From: Alphaproteobacteria bacterium MarineAlpha5_Bin3 | Lineage (GTDB): Bacteria; Pseudomonadota; Alphaproteobacteria; HIMB59; GCA-002718135 | Assembly: GCA_002938255.1 (NCBI GenBank) | Contig: PTLB01000001.1 | Coordinates: 1 to 42,903 of the forward strand | Length of the DNA: 42,903 nt | Direction: 5' to 3' | In this document: piece after piece, positions 10,250-19,011 of the stretch | How the letters are laid out: each line of letters starts with the position of its first letter | Numbering within the stretch: position 1 is the stretch's first letter | Notes under the pieces: model-generated | The model's database searches: none | The model's input: only the letters and a program-made list of their open reading frames with translations | Told to the model about the DNA's origin: nothing | Program-made: the position numbers and the translations under genes

Positions 10250-10792
10250 TTACTCTGTTGGAGTAGTTATCTGTTTTCGAGATCGATTAAGTGATTTTTC
10301 TAGTTCTTCATATGTACACAAACCAATATCCATTGGACTTTTTGATTCCAAAACAGCTTCCCGATAAGTACCTGCACGAATTGTATCCACGGTATTTTTT
10401 GTTGAGCCAGTAAGTTTTGCAATTTGTGAACTACTCAGTTCTGTCGGATATCGCTTAATTAGCCAAAGAATTGCATATGGTTTTTCTTGACGAAGAGAAA
10501 TGGGTGTATACTTTATATCTTTTTTTCTTGGAGGTAAATTGTCAATTGTTGTTGATGAAATTAATTTCAATTGAGCATTTGAATCATTTTCGCAACGTGT
10601 AATCTCTTCTTTAGTTAACTGATTATTATCAATTGGGTCATAACCTAGCATTCCTGAAGCAACATCTCCATCAGCAATACCTTGAACCTCAAGTTCATGC
10701 AGGCCACAGAATTCTGCAATTTGTGTAAAAGTTAGCCTTGTTTTTTCAGTTAACCATACAGCAGTAGCTTTTGGCATAAGGGGTAGCGTCAT
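10250..10792 (-). CDS. DUF1013 family protein (TrcR-like cell-cycle transcriptional regulator of alphaproteobacteria)
   Basis: The N-terminus MTLPLMPKATAVWL.E.T.LTF.QIAEFCGLHELEVQGIADG is the hallmark of the alpha-specific DUF1013 family. The HTH-like module is duplicated. Confidence 0.75.
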   Translation of the reverse strand: MTLPLMPKATAVWLTEKTRLTFTQIAEFCGLHELEVQGIADGDVASGMLGYDPIDNNQLTKEEITRCENDSNAQLKLISSTTIDNLPPRKKDIKYTPISLRQEKPYAILWLIKRYPTELSSSQIAKLTGSTKNTVDTIRAGTYREAVLESKSPMDIGLCTYEELEKSLNRSRKQITTPTE

Positions 10793-10862
10793 AATTTATC
10801 CTTTAAATTAAAATCTTGTATATAAATTGAAACATTAAAAATATATATAAAATTATTATTTT

Positions 10863-11045
10863 ATGAACAGTTTTTTAGAATTTGAAGAAGATAAAAAAAC
10901 AATTAAATCAATAAATTTAGATAATTTTAGTATAGAAGATTTGGAAGAATATATTGATGGTTTAAAGTTGGAAGTTAAGAAAGCAGAAGAAGAAATTAAG
11001 CAGAGAATAAAAACAAAGGGGGAAGCTCAGAAATTCTTTAAATAA
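10863..11045 (+). CDS. DUF1192-like small coiled-coil protein
   Basis: The 60-aa protein has L..FSIEDLEEYI..LK.E+.+AEEEI...+..+GEAQKFFK, matching the alpha-proteobacterial DUF1192 pattern. Confidence 0.55.
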   Translation: MNSFLEFEEDKKTIKSINLDNFSIEDLEEYIDGLKLEVKKAEEEIKQRIKTKGEAQKFFK

Positions 11046-11273
11046 TTACTTAGTTAATTTTAAGCCCTTAAATCTTTTTTCAAAACGAGCAACCTGACCT
11101 TCAGAGTCATTAATATTGCCTTTTCCACCTGTCCATGCTGGATGTGATTTTGGGTCAATTTCTAATTTTAATGTATCAGAAGCCTTTCCCCAAGTTGAAC
11201 GTGTTTTAAAGGTTGAGCCATCAGTCATGACAACTTCAATTTCATGATAATCTGGATGTATATTTTTTTTCAT
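11046..11273 (-). CDS. rpmE: 50S ribosomal protein L31
   Basis: [29 protein letters not shown] is a canonical L31 N-terminus. Confidence 0.93.
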   Translation of the reverse strand: MKKNIHPDYHEIEVVMTDGSTFKTRSTWGKASDTLKLEIDPKSHPAWTGGKGNINDSEGQVARFEKRFKGLKLTK

Positions 11274-11311
11274 TAATTGAACCTTATAGTTATTAATATT
11301 TGAAAGTAAAG

Positions 11312-12094
11312 TTAGATTATTTCAAGTTTTTCTTGAATTATTTCATGAATATTTGAATTTGAAACTAGGATATCTTTGGAGTGTATATCCCAAGATTCTC
11401 CATTTGGTTGAGATACTCTCCCTCCTGCTTCTTTAACAAGCAGTACCCCGGCAGATACATCCCAGATATTCAGATTGCGTTCCCAATATGCATCTAGTTT
11501 ACCAGCTGCTACATATGCTAGATCAATAGATGCTGCCCCCATCCTTCTTAATCCTGCGCAATTTTTAGTTATTGCGTCAATCTCTTTTAAATATTGAGGA
11601 TAAATTCTATCCATATGAGGAATGCCAGTGCCTATAATGCAGTCTATAATATCTTGCCTTTTAGATACACGCAATCTGTTATTGTTGCACCAAGACCCTT
11701 TACCTTTTGAAGCCCAGAAAAAATCATCTAAAATTGGATTATAAATTACACCATCAGTAATTTCTTCATTTATGATTTTAGCAATAACGATGCCAACAAG
11801 GGGTATGCCGTGAATAAAATTTGTTGTGCCATCAATTGGATCGATGACAATCATTTCTTCATTGCCTATTATTTTTCCACTTTCCTCAGTAATGTATGTA
11901 GCTTCAGGATAGTAATATTTTAATGTGTCTATAAGGATTTGTTCAGTTTTCAAATCTGCATTGGTTACAAAATCACCAAGGCCCTTTGATTGTATTTGTA
12001 AATTTTCAATTTCACCAAAATCACGTAATAAGTACTTTCCAGCCTTTCTAACTGCTTTTTCAAAAATATTTATAACTGGGGGTTGAATTTGCAT
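11312..12094 (-). CDS. suhB: Inositol monophosphatase family protein (SuhB-like)
   Basis: IMPase motifs are present: [14 protein letters not shown] and [15 protein letters not shown]. Confidence 0.88.
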   Translation of the reverse strand: MQIQPPVINIFEKAVRKAGKYLLRDFGEIENLQIQSKGLGDFVTNADLKTEQILIDTLKYYYPEATYITEESGKIIGNEEMIVIDPIDGTTNFIHGIPLVGIVIAKIINEEITDGVIYNPILDDFFWASKGKGSWCNNNRLRVSKRQDIIDCIIGTGIPHMDRIYPQYLKEIDAITKNCAGLRRMGAASIDLAYVAAGKLDAYWERNLNIWDVSAGVLLVKEAGGRVSQPNGESWDIHSKDILVSNSNIHEIIQEKLEII

Positions 12095-12096
12095 TT

Positions 12097-12666
12097 TTAT
12101 TTTTTCGCCTTTTCGACATAGCTTGAGTTAAGTGTATTAATCACTACAATATCACCAACTTCAATAAAAGGAGGAACAGAGGTTTTGATATTTCTCTCAA
12201 GAACAGCAGGTTTGTAGGATGAAGCAGCAGTTTGACCTTTAATAACAGTTTCAGTCTCTACAACTGCAAAACTAACATGACCAGGGAGAATAATTGAAAC
12301 AGGTTGTGACCCATATAATTGAATAGTAATAATGTCATTTTCTTTTAAAAATTTTGATTGCATTTCAGTAATAATGTCTGCTCTAATTTCAATTTGATCA
12401 AAATTTTTTTTATCCATAAAATAATATTTATCATCGGCACTGTATAAATATTGGCATTCTTTTTCATCTAAAATTGCTCGCTCTATACTTTCTGAAGAAC
12501 GAAAACGTTCATTTTTTTTTGTTCCTTCTGTTAGCCCTTTCATTTCAACTTGAAGATATGCACCCCCTTTACCTGGTTGTGTATGTTGTGTTTTTATTAC
12601 TCGCCAGAGTTTGTTATGAATTTCCAAAATATTTCCAACTTTAATTTGATTGCCTTCAATTTTCAT
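12097..12666 (-). CDS. efp: Translation elongation factor P
   Basis: The 189-aa protein has the QPGKGGAY loop and full-length EF-P similarity. Confidence 0.93.
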   Translation of the reverse strand: MKIEGNQIKVGNILEIHNKLWRVIKTQHTQPGKGGAYLQVEMKGLTEGTKKNERFRSSESIERAILDEKECQYLYSADDKYYFMDKKNFDQIEIRADIITEMQSKFLKENDIITIQLYGSQPVSIILPGHVSFAVVETETVIKGQTAASSYKPAVLERNIKTSVPPFIEVGDIVVINTLNSSYVEKAKK

Positions 12667-12706
12667 TTTGTTCCTCTTCGATAAAATAATACTTTATTAA
12701 TACAAT

Positions 12707-13111
12707 TTATTTTATATTTTTTTCTATTTTTAATTGTAAATTTTTTGTTTTGGAAAGGTCTACTATATTAAATTTAGGATTTATTAAGACTTTATTTAAT
12801 TTGGCAATTTGTTTTAATCTTTTTAATGTTTCGTTATTTGCATTAACTTTTATATAGCTAACTTGATTTTCTACTAAATCTATAAATAAACCATAATTTT
12901 TTTTGCTATCCACATATATTCTGTAATTTTTTGATGTAAATCGTGTAAGCAACAATCGCTGCAGTTCTTGCAACCAATGAATTCCAAAGCCATTTATCAA
13001 AAAATACTTTATGAATAAAATTGGAACTTTATTATTCTTTTTACAAATTGAAATAATTTCTGATGCTTGGTTGTAGGAGTTAATATTAAAGCAATTGTTT
13101 TTTAGAGGCAC
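12707..13111 (-). CDS. Hypothetical protein (orphan; no recognisable family)
   Basis: A 134-codon open frame in a genome where TAA/TAG/TGA should be frequent. It fills the gap-efp interval exactly. It has no ATG codon at all, and the only upstream start candidate is GTG at 13111, immediately after the gap stop (TAAGTG). Confidence 0.5.
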   Translation of the reverse strand: MPLKNNCFNINSYNQASEIISICKKNNKVPILFIKYFLINGFGIHWLQELQRLLLTRFTSKNYRIYVDSKKNYGLFIDLVENQVSYIKVNANNETLKRLKQIAKLNKVLINPKFNIVDLSKTKNLQLKIEKNIK

Positions 13112-14116
13112 TTACAATAATTTTTTAAAATCTTTGAGTGTATCAATCATTCTATTAGAAAACCCCCATTCGTTATCATACCAAGAGAGAATACGACAAA
13201 ATTTTTGGTTAAGTACTTGTGTTTGGGTTAAATCAAAAATAGAACTGCTTTCATTATGATTAAAGTCAATAGACACTAACGGCAAATTATTTACTGTAAG
13301 GATATTTTTAAGATTTGATGATTTAGATGCTGCAACCATAGCGTTGTTGATTGCTTCTATAGAAGTTTTCTTTTTGCTAACAAAAGTAAAATCAATTAGA
13401 GATACATTTGGAGTAGGAACTCTTATAGCTGTTCCATCAAGTTTACCTTCTAACTGTGGCAAAACCAAACTTAAAGCTTTTGCGGCACCAGTTGATGTGG
13501 GTATCAGAGAACTAGATGCTGTTCTAGCTCTTCGTAAATCGCTATGAGCTTGATCAACAGTACGTTGATCACCCGTGAAACTATGTATAGTAGTCATGAA
13601 TCCTGTTTCAATGCCTACAACCTTATCTAAAACCATCGCAACTGGCGCTAGGCAATTTGTTGTGCAGGAGCCATTAGATATAATAGAATGTTTTTTATTC
13701 AGAATTTTATTATTTACTCCTTGAACAATTGTCGCGTCAACATTTGAAGCTGGTGCGGATATAATTACTTTTTTAGCGCCCGCATTGATATGTGCTTGTG
13801 CCTTTTCTTTAGATGTAAAAACACCACTGCACTCTAGTACAACATCAATATTCATTTTTTTCCATGGAAGTTTATTCGGGTCACCTTCGGAGCAAAATAT
13901 TATATTTTTGTTATTATATTTTAGCCCATTTTTTGTTTTGCTAATTTTAATAGGTAATTTTCCGTGTATGCTATCATATTGCAGCAGATGAAGACTAGAT
14001 TCCAAGTTTCCTAATTCATTAATAGCAACAATGTCGATATTTTTAATTTTTTTTTCAAGAAAGGCTCTAAATACTAATTTACCAATTCTCCCAAAACCAT
14101 TTATAGCCACTTTCAT
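13112..14116 (-). CDS. gap: Glyceraldehyde-3-phosphate dehydrogenase (type I)
   Basis: MKVAINGFGRIGK, the active site SNGSCTTNCLAP, and WYDNEWGFSNR are all present. Confidence 0.95.
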   Translation of the reverse strand: MKVAINGFGRIGKLVFRAFLEKKIKNIDIVAINELGNLESSLHLLQYDSIHGKLPIKISKTKNGLKYNNKNIIFCSEGDPNKLPWKKMNIDVVLECSGVFTSKEKAQAHINAGAKKVIISAPASNVDATIVQGVNNKILNKKHSIISNGSCTTNCLAPVAMVLDKVVGIETGFMTTIHSFTGDQRTVDQAHSDLRRARTASSSLIPTSTGAAKALSLVLPQLEGKLDGTAIRVPTPNVSLIDFTFVSKKKTSIEAINNAMVAASKSSNLKNILTVNNLPLVSIDFNHNESSSIFDLTQTQVLNQKFCRILSWYDNEWGFSNRMIDTLKDFKKLL

Positions 14117-14118
14117 AT

Positions 14119-16101
14119 TTAATTTTTCTCCATTTTCTCTTTTATTAATTCAACCAAAGCATTGGATGTAATGGCAAAATGCTCATATAGTTTTTTATAT
14201 GGGCCACTTGCACCAAATGCTTTCATTCCTATAAAGTTTTCACTAGGAATGTATCTCTCCCAACCATTTATCACGCCTGCTTCAATAGCAAATCTTGGCT
14301 TATTACCCAATATATTTAATTTATCTTCATCAGTTTGTTTTTCAAAAATTTCCCAACTCGGAAAGGAAACAACTCTTATGTTTATTTTTTCTTTTGCTAA
14401 AATAACTGAGCTTTGACAAGCAATTTCAACTTCAGAGCCAGTAGCCAATATAGTTGCTGCATATTGTTGATGATTAATAATTGGAAAAGCACCTTGTTGA
14501 ACAATATTTACATTATTTTTTTTTCGAAGCATTGGAAGATTTTGTCTTGTTAGAACTAATAATGTGGGAGCCGATGATTGCAATGCGTACTCCCATGCCT
14601 CCATAGTTTCAATAATATCGCTTGGACGAATCACGGTTAAATTTGGCATAGCTCTTAATGAAGCAAGATGTTCAACAGGTTGGTGAGTCGGCCCATCTTC
14701 TCCAAGACCAATTGAATCGTGCGTCATGACGTAAATTACAGGAAGTTTCATTAATGCTGCCAATCTTATTGATGGCCTGCAATAATCTGTAAAAACTAAA
14801 AAAGTACCTCCATATGGTTTGATTCCACCATGCAAAGCCATACCATTCATTATAGATACCATGCCGTGTTCTCTGATTCCGTAATGAATATACGTACCCG
14901 AAAATTTTTTTTTGCTAATAATTTCCATATTTTTAGTTTTTGTATTGTTGGATCCTGTTAAATCAGCCGAACCACCAATTAAATTTTTCATCAAAGGAGT
15001 AATTATTTCAAGAGATAGTTCACTAGCTTTTCTTGTTGCACAGTTTGTTTGATTATTGAAATGATTATCTTTGAATTTTACTATGACTTCTTTTACATTG
15101 GTTCCCAATAATTTGGAGAAAAATTCTTTGTACTGAGGTGATGACTTTAGCCGATGATTATGTTTACCCCAAGCAGATTTATGACTTGCAGTCCTTTTAT
15201 AAAAATTTCTCCACGTTTCAACCAAGTCATCAGGAAGTTCAAAAGTTCCATAAGGCCAATTTAAATTCTTTCTAGTTAATTCTATTTCTTCCTCTCCAAG
15301 TGGAGAGCCATGAGAGGATGAATTGGATTCTTTGTTGGGTGATCCAAAACCAATTTTGGTTTTACATGATATTAACGTAGGAGAAAAATTTTTTTTAGCT
15401 AAAGAAATAGCATTAGAAATTTCTTCATGATTATGGCCATTAATACTCAGCGTATTCCAGCCATATGATTCATATCGTTTTATAGTATCTTCTGAAACAG
15501 ATAGATCAGTAGGTCCATCAATTGAAATTGAGTTGTCATCAAAGAAAACAATTAGTTTTGATAAACCTAAATGACCTGCCAAACTACATGCTTCATGACT
15601 TAAGCCTTCCATTAAACATCCATCACCGACAAAAACGTAAGTATAGTGATCAATTGTTTTTATTCCAAATTTACTAGAAAGGATTTGCTCCGCTAAAGCA
15701 AAACCCACACCGTTAGCAAGACCTTGCGCTAATGGACCGGTTGTTGTCTCTATACCTTCAAGTTCACCATATTCAGGATGGCCCGCCGTAGGTGATCCAA
15801 CCTGACGAAATTTTTTTAAATCTTTTAAAGAGATATCCTTGTAGCCTGTTAGGTATAATGCTGCATATAAAAGCATAGACCCATGCCCATTAGAAATAAT
15901 TAGTCTATCACGATCTAACCATCTAGGATCATTCGGGTCAAATTTTAGATGATCCTTATATAAGACTGTGGCTATATCAGCCATGCCCATGGGCATGCCA
16001 GGATGGCCCGAATTGGCTTGTTGAACAGCATCCATGGCAAGAAACCTTATACAATTTGATAATTGTGATAGATTCGAAGAATTTGATTGATTAAATGACA
16101 A
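14119..16101 (-). CDS. tkt: Transketolase
   Basis: IRFLAMDAVQQANSGHPGMPMGMADIA, the ThDP motif GDGCLMEG, and the 660-aa length support the call. The start is TTG at 16101. Confidence 0.95.
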   Translation of the reverse strand: MSFNQSNSSNLSQLSNCIRFLAMDAVQQANSGHPGMPMGMADIATVLYKDHLKFDPNDPRWLDRDRLIISNGHGSMLLYAALYLTGYKDISLKDLKKFRQVGSPTAGHPEYGELEGIETTTGPLAQGLANGVGFALAEQILSSKFGIKTIDHYTYVFVGDGCLMEGLSHEACSLAGHLGLSKLIVFFDDNSISIDGPTDLSVSEDTIKRYESYGWNTLSINGHNHEEISNAISLAKKNFSPTLISCKTKIGFGSPNKESNSSSHGSPLGEEEIELTRKNLNWPYGTFELPDDLVETWRNFYKRTASHKSAWGKHNHRLKSSPQYKEFFSKLLGTNVKEVIVKFKDNHFNNQTNCATRKASELSLEIITPLMKNLIGGSADLTGSNNTKTKNMEIISKKKFSGTYIHYGIREHGMVSIMNGMALHGGIKPYGGTFLVFTDYCRPSIRLAALMKLPVIYVMTHDSIGLGEDGPTHQPVEHLASLRAMPNLTVIRPSDIIETMEAWEYALQSSAPTLLVLTRQNLPMLRKKNNVNIVQQGAFPIINHQQYAATILATGSEVEIACQSSVILAKEKINIRVVSFPSWEIFEKQTDEDKLNILGNKPRFAIEAGVINGWERYIPSENFIGMKAFGASGPYKKLYEHFAITSNALVELIKEKMEKN

Positions 16102-16184
16102 AATACCTCTTTAAAAATTAGCTTTTACACTAATATTTGCTCTCATTAAAGTGACATTTTAAATAAATGAAACTATAAATAATA

Positions 16185-16388
16185 ATGGACATTTTAAAGA
16201 GAATTGAAATTTTAAAAAATAAAATGATTCAAGTGGAAGAATTAGTGGATGATTTACTTCTGACTTTGGAAGCAAAGCAAAATAAAATATATATTAAAGA
16301 AAATAAAATTTTACAATTGAAAGAAGTGGTAAAAAAAAATGTTGATAAAATTGATTCAATGATAGATGAGTACAATGCCAACTCTTAA
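16185..16388 (+). CDS. Small coiled-coil protein (DUF4164-like, upstream partner of zapA)
   Basis: The 67-aa protein is an all-helical heptad sequence. It sits divergent from tkt and immediately upstream of zapA, as in other alphaproteobacteria. Its 3' end overlaps the next ORF. Confidence 0.5.
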   Translation: MDILKRIEILKNKMIQVEELVDDLLLTLEAKQNKIYIKENKILQLKEVVKKNVDKIDSMIDEYNANS

Positions 16389-16809
16389 GACTGAAATTCT
16401 TGGTTCTATTATTGAAATTAATTACCAAGAAGCTGAAAAAGAAAAATTAGAGCGCCTAATCAGTAAACTTAGAAAGAGGATAAGTGAGTTTAATCATAAT
16501 ATTAGACAAATAAGTGACAGTAAAATCATTTTTCTTGCAGCACTAAAAGCTGAAGATCATCTTGAGGAGATTGAAAACCTTTTAGAAAAAAAAGATAAAG
16601 AAAAAAAAATAAGCAATGATCAAAAAAATATAATTAATAACTTAACAAAAGAAATTATATCGCTCAAAGATCAGATTAGCAAATTGGAATCACATAAATC
16701 ATCTTATGAAGAGATAGATTTTAAAACTTTAAAAAATATTAATACAATTGAAGATCATTTAGATAAAATATTGCACAAAATTTTAGCCACTAATAAGAAT
16801 GGATCTTAG
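16366..16809 (+). CDS. zapA: Cell division protein ZapA-like
   Basis: The N-terminal 75 aa (LKTEILGSIIEINYQEAEKEKLERLISKLRKRISEF......SDSKIIFLAALKAEDHL) follow the ZapA pattern. A long K/E/N-rich coiled coil follows. An alternative ATG lies at 16375. Confidence 0.65.
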   Translation: MSTMPTLKTEILGSIIEINYQEAEKEKLERLISKLRKRISEFNHNIRQISDSKIIFLAALKAEDHLEEIENLLEKKDKEKKISNDQKNIINNLTKEIISLKDQISKLESHKSSYEEIDFKTLKNINTIEDHLDKILHKILATNKNGS

Positions 16810-17371
16810 TATTGAAAAAAAAAACCAACGCAAATTAGCAGCAAAAAAAAGATTACTTATCCATCAATCGTTCAATAATCGTTTTGTAGATTTTAATAAA
16901 TTATTGCAAAAAAATAAATGGTTTAAAGAAGGAAAAATTATAGCTAGTTTTTTATCTATCAAAACTGAAATTTCCACTAAATCTCTTAATCAACTTATTT
17001 GGAGATCAAAAAAAACATTATGCTTGCCTGTTATTAAACATGATAGTGATTTACTATCTTTTCATAGATACATAAAAACAGATAAATTAATTGTTGGTAG
17101 ATTTGGCGTCATGGAACCTGATAACAATTCTGAGTGTTTGCCCGATGTTATGTTTGTTCCTTGTTTGGCTTTTGATTTATTTGGATATCGGCTTGGTTAC
17201 GGCGGAGGCTATTATGATAAAACACTTGCATATTTTAATTCACTTAAAAACACATTTACAGTTGTTGGTTTGGCATATGATAATCAAAAAGTGGATGAAG
17301 TAATTCATGATGATTTAGATCAAAAATTAAACTATATTTTGACTGAAAAACAATTATACAAAATATTGTGA
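16799..17371 (+). CDS. ygfA: 5-formyltetrahydrofolate cyclo-ligase
   Basis: The motifs LPV...........F, PD+MFVPCLAFD..GYRLGYGGGYYD and a C-terminal D...D.KL.YI+TE are diagnostic of 5-FCL. Confidence 0.88.
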   Translation: MDLSIEKKNQRKLAAKKRLLIHQSFNNRFVDFNKLLQKNKWFKEGKIIASFLSIKTEISTKSLNQLIWRSKKTLCLPVIKHDSDLLSFHRYIKTDKLIVGRFGVMEPDNNSECLPDVMFVPCLAFDLFGYRLGYGGGYYDKTLAYFNSLKNTFTVVGLAYDNQKVDEVIHDDLDQKLNYILTEKQLYKIL

Positions 17372-18156
17372 AAATAGTGTTTATAGGAGATATCGTTGGA
17401 CGATCTGGAAGAGAAGCGGTTAAAGAAAATATTTTTGAATTAAAAAAAAAATATGTGCCTGATGTAATAGTGGCAAATGCAGAAAATGCAGCTTCTGGAT
17501 ACGGATTAACCAAGAAAATTGCATTGGAGTTATTTCAATTAGGCGTGAATGTAATCACACTTGGTAACCATGCTTGGGATAAAAGAGAAATGCTGTCTTA
17601 TATTGAAGAATGTCCAAAAATTATAAGACCTATAAATTATCCTAAAGGTGTTCCTGGGAGAGGGGAATATAAATTTGTATTAGAAGACGGAAGATCAATA
17701 ATAGTTATACAGGTTATGTTGAGGTTATTTATGAACATGTCTCTTGATGACCCATTTGCACTGGCTAAAGGAAGGCTGCAGTCAGAATTTATAGGATCAA
17801 CTTGTAATGGAATACTAATTGATATGCATGGAGAAGCAACATCAGAAAAAAATGCTTTTGGTCATTATGTTGATGGAAAAGTAACAGCTGTGCTGGGTAC
17901 TCATACTCACATTCCAACTGCTGATGCAAAAATACTACAAAATGGGACAGCATATCAAACAGATGTAGGTATGTCGGGTGACTATAATTCCGTCATTGGA
18001 ATGGATAAGGAAAATCCTATACATGGCTTTACCAAAGGCTACCGTTCTGAAGGAAGATTTACGCCCGCGAATGGTAAAGGAAAATTGTGTGGAGTATATA
18101 TTAAGAGTAATGATACAACTGGATTAGCTGAAAAAATTGAGATGTTTCAGTTATAA
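17368..18156 (+). CDS. YmdB-family metallophosphoesterase (TIGR00282-type)
   Basis: VKIVFIGDIVGRSGR..., ANAENAASG.G+T, LGNHAWDK and GTHTHIPTAD are present. The GTG start overlaps the upstream stop (GTGA). Confidence 0.88.
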   Translation: MKIVFIGDIVGRSGREAVKENIFELKKKYVPDVIVANAENAASGYGLTKKIALELFQLGVNVITLGNHAWDKREMLSYIEECPKIIRPINYPKGVPGRGEYKFVLEDGRSIIVIQVMLRLFMNMSLDDPFALAKGRLQSEFIGSTCNGILIDMHGEATSEKNAFGHYVDGKVTAVLGTHTHIPTADAKILQNGTAYQTDVGMSGDYNSVIGMDKENPIHGFTKGYRSEGRFTPANGKGKLCGVYIKSNDTTGLAEKIEMFQL

Positions 18157-18248
18157 ATTTACACATATTCGACACAATATTGGTTTAAATCATTTCTCTA
18201 ATTAAATTGCTTTACTGGTAACGACTAAGATATTTATATAGATAGGTT

Positions 18249-18995
18249 ATGGCAGGCCACTCGAAGTTTAAAAATATTATGCATCGTAAAGGTGCGCAGG
18301 ATAAAAAAAGAGCGAAAATATTCTCTCGCCTTGGAAGAGAAATTTCAGTTTCTGTAAAAACCGGAGGCTCAGATCCAGAAAGCAATATTCGCTTACGCTC
18401 AGCCATTATCGCAGCTAAAGCATTAAATATGCCGAAAGATAATATTGAAAGAGCTATCAAGAAAGGCGATGGCAATGACCCTGATTCAAATTATGAGGAA
18501 GTAAGATATGAAGGATATGGTCCCGATGGTATCGCTATAATTGTGGAGGCTATGACAAACAATAAAAACAGAACAGCAGCTGAGATCCGCTCAATTTTTA
18601 GCAAATCAGGTGGTAATCTTGGAGAAAATGGGAGTGTGAGTTTTGGTTTTAAACGTTTAGGAACTATTACTCTAGAAAAAAAATTAGCATCAGAGGAAGA
18701 ATTATTTGAATTTGTTGTAGAACATGGTTCTAAAGACTTGGAGTCAAGTGATGACGAACATATTATATATTGCGATCAGACAAATTTGCAAATTCTTAAT
18801 GAAAAAATAATCTCAAAGTTTGGGCAGACAACTTCGTCTGAATTAATTTGGAAAAGTGAAAATACTAGAGAAGTAGAAAAAGAAACTGCAGAAAAATTAT
18901 TTAAATTATTAAATTCATTAGAAGAAAATGAAGATGTACAAAATGTTTCTTCTAATTTTGAAGTAAGTGAAGAAATTCTTGCATCACTAACATGA
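18249..18995 (+). CDS. yebC: YebC/PmpR family DNA-binding regulator
   Basis: MAGHSKFKNIMHRKGAQDKKRAKIF.+L.REI..+VK.GG.DPE.N.RLR.AI..AKA.NMPKDNIERAI is the canonical YebC N-terminus. Confidence 0.95.
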   Translation: MAGHSKFKNIMHRKGAQDKKRAKIFSRLGREISVSVKTGGSDPESNIRLRSAIIAAKALNMPKDNIERAIKKGDGNDPDSNYEEVRYEGYGPDGIAIIVEAMTNNKNRTAAEIRSIFSKSGGNLGENGSVSFGFKRLGTITLEKKLASEEELFEFVVEHGSKDLESSDDEHIIYCDQTNLQILNEKIISKFGQTTSSELIWKSENTREVEKETAEKLFKLLNSLEENEDVQNVSSNFEVSEEILASLT

Positions 18996-19011
18996 ATAGA
19001 AAGGAAACTTA

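Noticed and set aside
10793-10862. CtrA-type boxes (TTAA-N7-TTAA) and sigma-70 -35/-10 hexamers in divergent promoter regions. The regions examined were 10793-10862, 16102-16184, 18157-18248 and 38278-38364.
   Set aside because: TTAA- and TATAAT-like strings occur everywhere in this AT-rich DNA. I could not find a properly spaced CtrA box, and sigma-70 hexamer calls would be arbitrary without TSS data.
16560-16860. Searched by eye for a 6S RNA-like long imperfect hairpin embedded in the zapA 3' end or ygfA 5' end.
   Set aside because: No long-range complementarity is visible and the region is continuous coding sequence. The absence is reported as a finding instead. A covariance-model search is required to be sure.
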